Origin: an uncultured delta proteobacterium
GTDB taxonomy: Bacteria; Desulfobacterota; BSN033; UBA1163
Direction of reading: 5' to 3'
Length of the DNA: 64,000 nt
NCBI GenBank assembly: GCA_963827685.1
Contig: CAWHBU010000002.1
Span: 416,001-480,000 of the forward strand
This document shows, in pieces, positions 29,816 to 38,441 of the stretch (position 1 is its first letter; the number at the start of each line of letters is the position of its first letter). The notes under the pieces were generated by a model. The model searched no databases. It worked only from the letters and a program-made list of their open reading frames with translations, and was not told the origin of the DNA. Position numbers and translations under genes: made by a program.

Positions 29816-30094
29816 AAGTTTTTGGGCGGGAGTTTGGTCGGAGGCAATCCCCAAGGGAGGTCTATCGAGGTTAAAAGACCTTAGGAATGCAGTTAAATAT
29901 TTTGAATTATTTTGTGAAGTCCAGAGACCTTTGTAACCCGTACTTATTTAACAAACTTAACTACGTCCCTTGGGCATTAACCAAAATCGCTTCAAGAGGC
30001 CGCAGATATACTCGGCATAGATCAGGCGACCCTATGGCGCCGCAGGGAGAAGTACGGGATTTGATATTAGTGGAAGGAAGGATTCGGTGCTTTG
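29816..30094 (+). repeat. R1 copy 3 + R2 copy 3
   Basis: R1 at 29816-29977, linker TAACCA, R2 at 29984-30094. Confidence 0.95.
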
Positions 30095-30157
30095 GTACGC
30101 CTACAAGTCATTGCTGGGAACCGTATTCAAGGATCGAAGATTACGGGATGAAAGAGA

Positions 30158-30235
30158 GGCTAACGTTCGCGTTCAGTGGCGGGAGCCAGTGGGCGAAGCC
30201 CCCTGGTGACCGTCCACTACAACGCGGGGTTAGCC
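30158..30235 (-). other. Integron attC site
   Basis: Minus strand GGCTAAC-CCCGCGTTGTAGTGGAC...CACTGAACGCGAAC-GTTAGCC, an imperfect palindrome starting 1 nt after the stop codon. Confidence 0.88.
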
Positions 30236-30236
30236 G

Positions 30237-31064
30237 TCATTTCGCAAGTGTGGTTATGAGTCTTCCGCCTGGGCTTAGGACCCGGAAGTCCTCGATGACT
30301 TCATCGTCATTGCTCGCAATGGCACCGGCAAGAGAACCGAGGATGACGTACGCCATGTCATGCACGGAGTGCTCGGCGCGCTCAAGCACGCGGGCAGTAG
30401 GACTTGTCGGTACGTTGCACTGGTACCGTTCGAAGATGCGAAGAGCGGCGAGCAATTGGCATTGAACCCACCTGAACCACGCCCAATCGGGACTGATTTC
30501 CGCAGGCATCGGCGCCTTTGGTGGAAGATCTTCTCGTAAGAAGGATGCATACACAGTGCGGACAACCTCGGGATTCGTGGCGACCCTGGTCCGGGCTGCT
30601 GCAACCGCAGCAGGAAAGTCTCGGAACTCGATTCCGATCAACTCCGGGAAAAACGCATGGACCGACTGGCAACGCCGGAGAAACGACTGCGCGTCTTGGT
30701 AGACCTGGTTGCGCCATGACTGGAGGGTTTCGAGAATCTCACCTCCGGCTATGTAGGTTCCGTTGCGCAGCTTCGGATTGAAGATGTACGAACCCTGGAT
30801 GACGTGCCGTTCAAGCGGACCGCATGGGGATTGGTTCTCGATCTCTGTACGCAGTAAGGTGCCTACGTTCGGGAGAAGCGCGAATGAGCCTGGGCGACTT
30901 GGCAGCTTCGAAAAGCACCGCACTTGGCTCTTCGGGCTCGCGGTCATGAGCTCGTAGAACAGATTCTGGGAAACCATGACTGAGTGGTCTCGACACAGCG
31001 CGGTGATCAACTCTGATGGCGCGCCATCGAGGTAGCTCTTATCGAGTATAAGCGCGGCGGACAC
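30237..31064 (-). CDS. Cassette-borne PIN-like domain protein
   Basis: LILDKSYL, FYELM and HDMAYV...ASND acidic pattern; GTG start just inside the GTTAGCC cassette boundary (31074-31080). Confidence 0.6.
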   Translation of the reverse strand: MSAALILDKSYLDGAPSELITALCRDHSVMVSQNLFYELMTASPKSQVRCFSKLPSRPGSFALLPNVGTLLRTEIENQSPCGPLERHVIQGSYIFNPKLRNGTYIAGGEILETLQSWRNQVYQDAQSFLRRCQSVHAFFPELIGIEFRDFPAAVAAARTRVATNPEVVRTVYASFLREDLPPKAPMPAEISPDWAWFRWVQCQLLAALRIFERYQCNVPTSPTARVLERAEHSVHDMAYVILGSLAGAIASNDDEVIEDFRVLSPGGRLITTLAK

Positions 31065-31162
31065 GCTGGTGGCGGCTAACTTATTTTTTATGCTGCTTCC
31101 ACATTTTCGTAAGTCTTGAACCAATAAAGGCTCTCTTCTACTCAAAACCGCATGCCAGGACA

Positions 31163-31846
31163 CTACTGACCTATAAGTGCAGTCCATAAGTTAAAGGAGA
31201 CACGGGCTACGAGATCTCGCCATGTAGCATACACGCGCATCGATGCTCCGCGAGTTGATGGAACTTTTGGCGTAACTTTAAGTTTCTCGCTTAAAGCCCA
31301 CATAGTATTCTGAATATTCTTAATTAGAGGATAGCGATGCCAGGTCGGAAGTTTGTTCACATCGAAAAACCCGAATGGTAGGTTCCTTTCACCGAACTTT
31401 AAATTCTCGGGCCATAAATATCGCTCCCTATCGTTCTGTGGGTGTACGACCCCGCTAGTGTAATCATGTTTCCAGTTCGAGAAGGTCTCAGCAACTGCTG
31501 CAAATAGTCTTTGGGATACAACCACAACATCTAAGTCAGAGTTTTCGCCAAATGGTCGGCCAAAATTTGTACGCCCAGCCATGGAAAAGCCTATTCGGGC
31601 GCCACCAACGACAGTGATCTCCTTCGGGCACACCTCAAGACGGATCCCCAACCACCGTCGCAGTTCTTCGTATGTGCCCGGGCAGTCGCGGAAAGCAAAC
31701 GGCGCTCCCTCAGTCAGCCAAAGTCGAACCACATGTTCCCTCGATCGTTTAGAGACATCGACGAGGGCTGCCCGAAATTCTTCAGGCGAGGGGTACTGGG
31801 CTAACAGCTTTTGTAAGCTTTCTTGAACCTCGAAAGGCTGAGCCAT
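31163..31846 (-). CDS. Pol-beta-superfamily nucleotidyltransferase
   Basis: VVGGARIGFS...SDLDVVVV (hG[GS]...DxD). Confidence 0.75.
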   Translation of the reverse strand: MAQPFEVQESLQKLLAQYPSPEEFRAALVDVSKRSREHVVRLWLTEGAPFAFRDCPGTYEELRRWLGIRLEVCPKEITVVGGARIGFSMAGRTNFGRPFGENSDLDVVVVSQRLFAAVAETFSNWKHDYTSGVVHPQNDRERYLWPENLKFGERNLPFGFFDVNKLPTWHRYPLIKNIQNTMWALSEKLKVTPKVPSTRGASMRVYATWRDLVARVSFNLWTALIGQ

Positions 31847-32495
31847 GTTTTGCGATTCCAAGATAGTCATATGTGCCATCAGCAATGTGGGTCCAGTAAA
31901 ATCTTTTCAAGTACTTCATTCTTTGTTCGATTTGTATAACCCGTTGGAGAGGAGAGATTCTAGGCTCCGGGTATTTGAGCCGTGCAACAATAGCTGCAGC
32001 GTCATCCAATGACAAGTTATTGGGCTGGAGCTTAAGACGACAACACGCTTGAATATAGTTGTTCATTTGCCAACCATAGTATCCAATTGCCAGGTAAACC
32101 GATGGGCTAACAGATTTTGGGAAATGGGCTGCGACGAGCGACGCTAGCATTATCTCGCCGAGCTTCCGGCGAAGGGTTAGTTCAAACCGGTTGGTGACGA
32201 CGCGAACTATTTGTTGTTCGATGGTGCTCGCTCCCTCGCGACGCCCACTAGTGAAATGTCGGAAGATTGCACGACAAATAGCATAGATGTCAAAACCCGG
32301 ATGACATCCATGGCGGTGATCCTCTGCGGAAACGAGTAGACGTTGTGCCACCAGAGGTGGAACCAACTCGGGGTGAGTCCGATGAAAGGCGATTAGCTCA
32401 TCAACACGGGAGTGAACGAACACCCACTCACGTTGCAGTAAAACCCTTGCAAAGGTACGGACTATTGCGCCAAGAATCTGTTGAGAGTAAAGCAT
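31782..32495 (-). CDS. Stand-alone GT51 (peptidoglycan transglycosylase) domain protein
   Basis: AEDHRHGCHPGFD, GASTIEQQ, RRKLGE, YLAIGYYG; no clear TM anchor. Confidence 0.85.
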   Translation of the reverse strand: MLYSQQILGAIVRTFARVLLQREWVFVHSRVDELIAFHRTHPELVPPLVAQRLLVSAEDHRHGCHPGFDIYAICRAIFRHFTSGRREGASTIEQQIVRVVTNRFELTLRRKLGEIMLASLVAAHFPKSVSPSVYLAIGYYGWQMNNYIQACCRLKLQPNNLSLDDAAAIVARLKYPEPRISPLQRVIQIEQRMKYLKRFYWTHIADGTYDYLGIAKHGSAFRGSRKLTKAVSPVPLA

Positions 32496-32520
32496 ATTTC
32501 AATTGTCACTTTGCAGTAGT

Positions 32521-32549
32521 AATATACATTTTTTTTGAAATCTTTGGAA
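32521..32549 (-). promoter_or_regulatory. Sigma-70 promoter of the GT51-NTase pair
   Basis: TTCCAA-17-TATATT. Confidence 0.55.
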
Positions 32550-32593
32550 GTGTGGACTTCAGAAACAAGGAAACAAAAAAAGGCAGAGCTTTT

Positions 32594-33034
32594 TTACCTG
32601 CCCGCTGCGATCCGCTTCAGTGCTGGACTATTGCCGCATTTTCTAACCCCGCAGTCAGTCTCCGCATACGCACACCTGATTGGGTGGCCGAGCATAATGT
32701 CAGGTCTTCGGCCATATACGCTTATTGAACTCCTTGGCTCCAGACGTCGCGGCCAGGGACCGCCATCCACCAAGATAGGGTTGATAAAAACTCCACGCTT
32801 GTCAGTTCCGCGGTATAGGATCCCGACCTCCCTGATGGTAACGGGGAACGTACTGAGGTTGGTTACGGCGATGTAGAAATTGACGGAGGGATCGGCACCG
32901 CCGACAGGGATCGCATGGCCGGGGGCGACCTTCAGCTTGACGCGGGAAGCGTCAATCGCTCGCCACGTGTTGATGACCCCGAGTACTGCACCCACCATGG
33001 CAATCGCAAACGTTATGGCCTCGACCACTGTCAA
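32594..33034 (-). CDS. Cassette-borne hypothetical protein with N-terminal TM
   Basis: RBS AGGAGG just after the GTTAGAG boundary; one TM followed by a beta-rich domain. Confidence 0.7.
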   Translation of the reverse strand: MTVVEAITFAIAMVGAVLGVINTWRAIDASRVKLKVAPGHAIPVGGADPSVNFYIAVTNLSTFPVTIREVGILYRGTDKRGVFINPILVDGGPWPRRLEPRSSISVYGRRPDIMLGHPIRCAYAETDCGVRKCGNSPALKRIAAGR

Positions 33035-33050
33035 TGTTGATCCTCCTGTA

Positions 33051-33110
33051 GCTCTAACACAAAAATCAGCCGAGAGTGTAACGAGTCAGCTGGATTGATT
33101 TGATTAAGAG
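33051..33110 (-). other. Degenerate short attC site
   Basis: TCTTAA(T)C-AAATC-AATCCAGCTGAC...GGCTGATTTTTGT-GTTAGAG; hairpin with an extrahelical base; overlaps the stop codon. Confidence 0.75.
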
Positions 33111-33481
33111 TCCTCGTTAATTGACTGCGGAAGCACAATAGGAACCTGAAATTTGATCCTGCTCACAACACTGTCTCTGTCCGAGACTCCACCCCCACCG
33201 CCAATTCCAATACCTGCGACTCTGAGAGATAAACCACCCTTTACTTCGGACGTTGAATCGGTAGTTACGGCCACGTCGAAATCCACGAAGTGGACAAGAT
33301 TTCTGCCGACCGTTGCAAAGTACTTGCCCTTAGGTGCCGAGTCTGCTCCGTACATAACAGCCGGATTAATGACATCGGGTTCAGACGATTGTTTTCCGGG
33401 GAGGCGTGTAGCCTTTTGCGCCTTCTTAACCCCGGCAATGATCTGTCGAAGAGACGTGTCTACGAAGTCCTCAAGGGTCAT
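33104..33481 (-). CDS. Trypco2-like protein
   Basis: LEDFV..SLRQI..GV..AQ, VDFDVAVT, Gly-rich hairpin, SRIKFQVP. Confidence 0.65.
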   Translation of the reverse strand: MTLEDFVDTSLRQIIAGVKKAQKATRLPGKQSSEPDVINPAVMYGADSAPKGKYFATVGRNLVHFVDFDVAVTTDSTSEVKGGLSLRVAGIGIGGGGGVSDRDSVVSRIKFQVPIVLPQSINEDS

Positions 33482-33535
33482 TTGTGGCCTCCTTTTTCTC
33501 AGAAAGCTCGTAACATTTATTTTTTAGTTGGTTAT

Positions 33536-34054
33536 TTACTGTCTTATCCGAACCAGTATGTTGATTACCCTTCTCTTCCCTTCCTCGATTAGGTCTTGAG
33601 CATCGAACCGAGCTTTCTCTTCTCCTTTCTGCTGTGCCGCTACCAGGATACCATATGGTGAATTGGCAGCCAAGCTATACATAGAGCTGTAGTAGCTCGA
33701 TTGATAGTATCTAAACATCTCAAGAGGATATTGGCATTGTGAAACCGCTGCCTCTGCAATCTCTGTGGCAGATGCCGAAGCCCGGGCGTTTTTTAGGCCA
33801 TAATCACTCATACAATTGAGAAAATCCTCCCTGCATTTAAGTGCTTTATCCCCGGCCTTTTTTGCAAGCTCAAGCGTTTCTCTTCGAGCTTCCATCATTT
33901 TGTCCTGTAACGTTGGTCCGCATCCGGGCAACCAGATTGCGATCAGAACAATAGCAGCCAAGACAAACAGTTTCTGGCGCACTATGTCTTCAACCCCCGT
34001 TATCAAAAATTCTTTTAGATCCATTTCTATCCTTCCACTCGGCATTATACACAA
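33536..34054 (-). CDS. Hypothetical lipoprotein
   Basis: Hydrophobic stretch and lipobox LPGC; true start probably later. Confidence 0.6.
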   Translation of the reverse strand: MCIMPSGRIEMDLKEFLITGVEDIVRQKLFVLAAIVLIAIWLPGCGPTLQDKMMEARRETLELAKKAGDKALKCREDFLNCMSDYGLKNARASASATEIAEAAVSQCQYPLEMFRYYQSSYYSSMYSLAANSPYGILVAAQQKGEEKARFDAQDLIEEGKRRVINILVRIRQ

Positions 34055-34399
34055 ATCTCAACAAGTAAGGAAAGTATTTCTTAATGATTTTCGTTTGAAA
34101 TATTGCATACGAAGGAGGACACCAAAAACAATATTTCAGGAAGAAATACTGACGTTCGCACTTCCTAAGAACCCAACTCTTGAAGGGCTCTCAGCGCTAA
34201 TCTTTCCTGTTTCCTTCCGCCTTGCAATTTTCAAGGTTCTTTTTTTTATTTTTTGCAATTTGCAAAACTCATCGTCAAAAAACAGATTCGAATGGCACGA
34301 ATGACACCGAATGAAGCGAATAAGAAACCATCCGTTATCATTCGGGTAAAGCGTTCGGAAAGGTCTCAAATAGATGGAATTTTCTGTGAGAATCATTCA

Positions 34400-34413
34400 G
34401 GCATGGAGTTTGC
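34400..34413 (+). promoter_or_regulatory. Sigma-54 promoter of the kinase-kdp cluster
   Basis: GGCATGGAGTTTGC (GG-N10-GC), with TTGCAA-containing motifs at 34222-34234 and 34253-34265. Confidence 0.7.
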
Positions 34414-34598
34414 TATATAGATTAGTGATTCAGACAGTAAGACTATAGACCTTAGACATTTGACTGTAGAATGAAACGCAAGGCTGAGGTTGAAAAATTC
34501 TAAATCTGAACCTGAGCCTGCACGAAGTGCTTGTCAGGGGTCTGACGTCTGAAGTCCAGTGTCTGAATTGCAGATAAAGATTAAAAGGAGGAAGTTGA

Positions 34599-36413
34599 AT
34601 GCTTGGGCTTCGGCAGAAGTTATCTCTTGGGTTCGGTGGTTTGTTGTTAATCATCTTAATTATAGGCATCCAAAGCATCATCCATCTTACCAAATTGGGA
34701 GAATCCATCGATGTCATCCTAAGGGAAAACTACCGGAGTGTCATCGCATGCCAACAAATGAAAGAGGCATTGGAGCGAATGGATAGCGGGATACTTTTTG
34801 AACTTCTCGGATATACCCAGAAAGGGGACGAACTTATCCGCAAGAATGAACTGGTTTTTGAGATGGCACTTCAAGTTGAGTTGAATAACATTACCGTTCC
34901 GGGAGAAGGAGAAAAGGCATCCCATCTCCAGGACCTTTTTGGCAAATACAAAACAGCGCTTAAGAGGATAGAGGATTCGAACGTGGCGATTACTGTCCGG
35001 CGCAATGCCTATTTTACCGATCTTTTCCCGTTATTCCTGCAGATTAAGGACACGGCCGGAGAGGTCCTCCGGATGAATCAACAGAATATGAGTGACGCGA
35101 ATGATCTGGCCCGAAATAGCGCAGCCGCAGCGCGAAGACAGATGTATATTCTTTTGGTTGCCGGTACGATTGTTGCCATCGGTTTTGTTTTCTTTACCGG
35201 CAGGTGGATTCTTCGCCCAATCAATCGCCTTATTCAATCAGCAGATGAGATCAGGCAGGGGAATCTTGATCTTGTCGTGGAGAGAGAATCCCGGGATGAA
35301 GTCGGGCACCTTTCCGAAGCCTTCAATGCAATGGCGGCAAGCCTTCGGGAATTTCGCCGGTCCGATCAGGCCAAGCTGGTTCGGATTCAACGCGCAACCC
35401 AGCAGGCATTCGACAGTCTCCCCGATGCAGTGGCGGTTGTTGACCTTCAAGGGAAAGTGGAAGTGGCAACGAAAGCAGCCGGAAACATTTTTGGGCTAAG
35501 ACCCAACACGCTCATATTTGACTTGCCATTGGGATGGATGGCTGATCTGTACAAGGACGCCCTGAAGGATGGCCGTGCTGTGCAGCAAAAAGTGGTTCAA
35601 CATTTTGTGGGGGGAGAGGAGCGATACTATCGTCCAGAGGCAATCCCAATTTTAGACAACGACAGGCAACTCACAGGGGTAATCCTTGTGCTTCAGGATG
35701 TGACACAACTCCGACAGCAGGAAGAGATAAAGAGGGGAGTCGTCTCAACGGTCTCCCATCAACTGAAGACACCGCTCACCTCCATTCGTATGGCGATCCA
35801 CCTGTTGTTAGAAGAGAAGGTAGGACCCCTTACAGAGAAGCAGGCTGAGCTTCTGGTGGCGGCCAACGAGGACAGTGATCGATTGCATAGCATCCTCAAT
35901 AACCTGCTGGATATCAGCCGAATCGAATCCGGGAGGGCTCAGATTGACTTTCGCGCGGTATCACCTCATTCGATGGTGTCAGAAGTTGTGGAGTCCTTTC
36001 GGAGAGCCGCCCAAGAACAAGGGGTATCTTTAAGCCTTGCTTTCCCGGATGATTTGCCCGAAGTTTGGGCTGACGTAACCCGAATCAACCATGTTTTTGG
36101 CAACCTGCTCTCGAATGCGCTCAAATACACGCCACCTGGAGGCAAGATTACCCTTTCTGCAAAGGCTGATGAAGAGCAGGTCCGGTTCTTCATCTCAGAT
36201 ACCGGTCAAGGTATTCCCGGTAAGTATCTCCCAAGAATTTTTGAGCAATTCTTTCGTGTGCCTGAACAAGGAACAGAGACAGGAGCAGGGCTTGGCCTTG
36301 CCATCGTGAAGGAGATCATTGAGGCTCACGGTGGGGCGATCGGGGTCGAAAGCCACGAAGGGAAGGGGACCACATTCACCTTTACCCTCCTACGCAGAAA
36401 GCCACGGGCTTAA
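34599..36413 (+). CDS. KinB-like sensor histidine kinase (4HB-HAMP-PAS-HisKA-HATPase)
   Basis: 2 TM, HAMP (DEVGHLSEAFNAM), SHQLKTP, NLLSNALKYT, GLGLAI. Confidence 0.93.
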   Translation: MLGLRQKLSLGFGGLLLIILIIGIQSIIHLTKLGESIDVILRENYRSVIACQQMKEALERMDSGILFELLGYTQKGDELIRKNELVFEMALQVELNNITVPGEGEKASHLQDLFGKYKTALKRIEDSNVAITVRRNAYFTDLFPLFLQIKDTAGEVLRMNQQNMSDANDLARNSAAAARRQMYILLVAGTIVAIGFVFFTGRWILRPINRLIQSADEIRQGNLDLVVERESRDEVGHLSEAFNAMAASLREFRRSDQAKLVRIQRATQQAFDSLPDAVAVVDLQGKVEVATKAAGNIFGLRPNTLIFDLPLGWMADLYKDALKDGRAVQQKVVQHFVGGEERYYRPEAIPILDNDRQLTGVILVLQDVTQLRQQEEIKRGVVSTVSHQLKTPLTSIRMAIHLLLEEKVGPLTEKQAELLVAANEDSDRLHSILNNLLDISRIESGRAQIDFRAVSPHSMVSEVVESFRRAAQEQGVSLSLAFPDDLPEVWADVTRINHVFGNLLSNALKYTPPGGKITLSAKADEEQVRFFISDTGQGIPGKYLPRIFEQFFRVPEQGTETGAGLGLAIVKEIIEAHGGAIGVESHEGKGTTFTFTLLRRKPRA

Positions 36414-36540
36414 GACCGCGGATGAATGCGTGGAGGGTACCCCCTCGAAGCTCCGGAGGAGCGCAGTGGGGTGTGCTTCGGAGGGTTCCGCCATTCGAAG
36501 CATGTGGAGGGGCCATGGGCTTTAGTCCATGGGGCTCCAC
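36387..36540. repeat. IS200/IS605-end-like hairpin MITE
   Basis: Paired hairpins GCCACGGGCTTAAGACCGCGG and GCCATGGGCTTTAGTCCATGG; supplies the kinase stop codon. Confidence 0.5.
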
Positions 36541-36737
36541 TCTCAGAAGGGCCGACCGAATTTCGAAAGAGGAGGATCATTCATGATGGATTTGCCTAGA
36601 AAACAACTTTCTTAAATCCCTCCCAACCTCCCTTTGCCAAAGGGAGGAATATTATCCCCCTTAGTAATCTTTTTCCTGTCAAAGACAGGCAAAAGGGGGG
36701 CGAGGGGGGATTACAGATTTGGATCATTGGGTCACCT

Positions 36738-38441
36738 ATGGTTGAAGACAGAGCCAATTCTTTTCTCAGGATGATCCGCCGCAGCCAGCGTGGAAGGTTG
36801 AAGGTTTACCTCGGTTACTGTGCAGGCGTGGGCAAAACTTATCAGATGCTTCAGGAAGGCCATCGAATTAAGGACGAAGGGATAGACGTAGTGATCGGGC
36901 TACTCGAAACGCATGGCCGTGCCGAGATCGCAAAACTTTCAGAGGGAATGGAAGTTATCCCAAGACGCCAGCAGGAGTATCACGGTGTGACTGTGGAAGA
37001 AATGGACATGGATGCAATCTTAGCCCGCAAACCGCAGGTCGCTCTCATCGACGAGCTCGCTCATACGAATGTTCCGGGGAGTCGAAACCCAAAAAGATAC
37101 CAGGACGTCCAGGACATTCTTGCAGCAGGGATACATGTCATCACTACGATGAACGTTCAACATCTGGAGAGCCTTTACAATACAGTCGAAAACGCTGTGG
37201 GGGTGAAGGTGCGCGAGCGTCTACCCGATTCCGTTCTTGCTGAGGCGGACCAGATCGTTGATGTGGACGTGAGCACGGAAGATTTACAGAAACGTCTGAG
37301 AGAAGGCAAAGTCTATCCAAAGGAGCGGATCGAGACGGCTTTAATCAATTTCTTTAAGACCTCGAATCTGGAGAAGCTTCGTGAGCTCACACTTCGTGAG
37401 CTGGCCTCGCAGATTGATTCAAGAAGACGTGAAGCTCCTGAGGAAGAAATTGGTACCACTCCGGACCAGGTGATGGTCTGTCTGAGCTCGCGAGGCCCAA
37501 ACAGTGAGAAACTGCTTCGCTATGCTTCGCGCCTGGCAGGGAGACTTAATCGGAACTGGTATGCTGTTTATGTTCAAACGCCTTCCGAGGAAGCCACTGC
37601 CATCGATGCCAAGACTCAGCGCTTCGTCTCCAATACGTTGACCTTGGCCAAACAATTGGGCGCAATGGTTTTCACTTACAAGGGCGAAGACATTGCAGAC
37701 ACCCTCCTTAGGTTTGCAAAGGAATACCGTGTGGGACATATCGTCATTGGAAGACCGATCCTGAAACCATTCTGGAAGAGGTTTGGAAAGAATAAGAATA
37801 TAGTTAAGAATCTGATCAAAAATGCCAGGGGAATCACCCTCATCGTCCTCGATACGCGGAAAGAGGAACCCCTCGTCACCCGGCCACCTTTGGAGGTTTC
37901 AGAAGAAAGGCCGTCAACTATCGGACCTTCTCAAACTGCGGCTCAACACCCGGATCGGCTGAGGCTGAGTCGGCTCCTTTCCTCCCGACGTATTGTCATC
38001 TGGGATCAGCCTGTCCGAAAAGAAACGGTCCTTCGAACATTGGCGGAGACAATCGGGAAAGATGACGGGATCGAAGATGTTGAGGCATTACTCATGGCCA
38101 TCATGAAAAGGGAGGAACAGGGCTCGACCTTTTTCAACGAAGGGGTGGCTTTCCCGCACGTGCGGTCCGATGGCCTGACCACTTCAGTAGTCAGCATTGG
38201 CCTGACAAAACTGGGTGTCTCCGATGTATCCACGGAAAAACCTATTGAACTTGTCTTTCTGATCCTTTCGCCGGCCCGAACTCCTGACAGTCAAGTTCAA
38301 ATTTTAGGTCTTGCGAGCCGGGCAGCTCAAAACAGGCGTCTTCTCCAGAGTCTTAGGTCCGTCCGGACTTCTCAAGAAGCGATGAAAGCAATCTTCGATT
38401 GGGAGGCGTACGATGAATCCAGCCCTTCGAAATTGTCCTGA
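36738..38441 (+). CDS. KdpD N-terminal domain - USP - PTS EIIA fusion
   Basis: GVGKTYQML, DELAHTN, NVQHLES, LRELTL; USP; C-terminal EIIA motif GSTFFNEGVAFPH. Confidence 0.9.
   Translation: MVEDRANSFLRMIRRSQRGRLKVYLGYCAGVGKTYQMLQEGHRIKDEGIDVVIGLLETHGRAEIAKLSEGMEVIPRRQQEYHGVTVEEMDMDAILARKPQVALIDELAHTNVPGSRNPKRYQDVQDILAAGIHVITTMNVQHLESLYNTVENAVGVKVRERLPDSVLAEADQIVDVDVSTEDLQKRLREGKVYPKERIETALINFFKTSNLEKLRELTLRELASQIDSRRREAPEEEIGTTPDQVMVCLSSRGPNSEKLLRYASRLAGRLNRNWYAVYVQTPSEEATAIDAKTQRFVSNTLTLAKQLGAMVFTYKGEDIADTLLRFAKEYRVGHIVIGRPILKPFWKRFGKNKNIVKNLIKNARGITLIVLDTRKEEPLVTRPPLEVSEERPSTIGPSQTAAQHPDRLRLSRLLSSRRIVIWDQPVRKETVLRTLAETIGKDDGIEDVEALLMAIMKREEQGSTFFNEGVAFPHVRSDGLTTSVVSIGLTKLGVSDVSTEKPIELVFLILSPARTPDSQVQILGLASRAAQNRRLLQSLRSVRTSQEAMKAIFDWEAYDESSPSKLS

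Noticed and set aside
20605-30094. R1/R2 as a CRISPR array
   Set aside because: Units are 113-162 bp and kilobases apart; no regular spacers and no cas genes.
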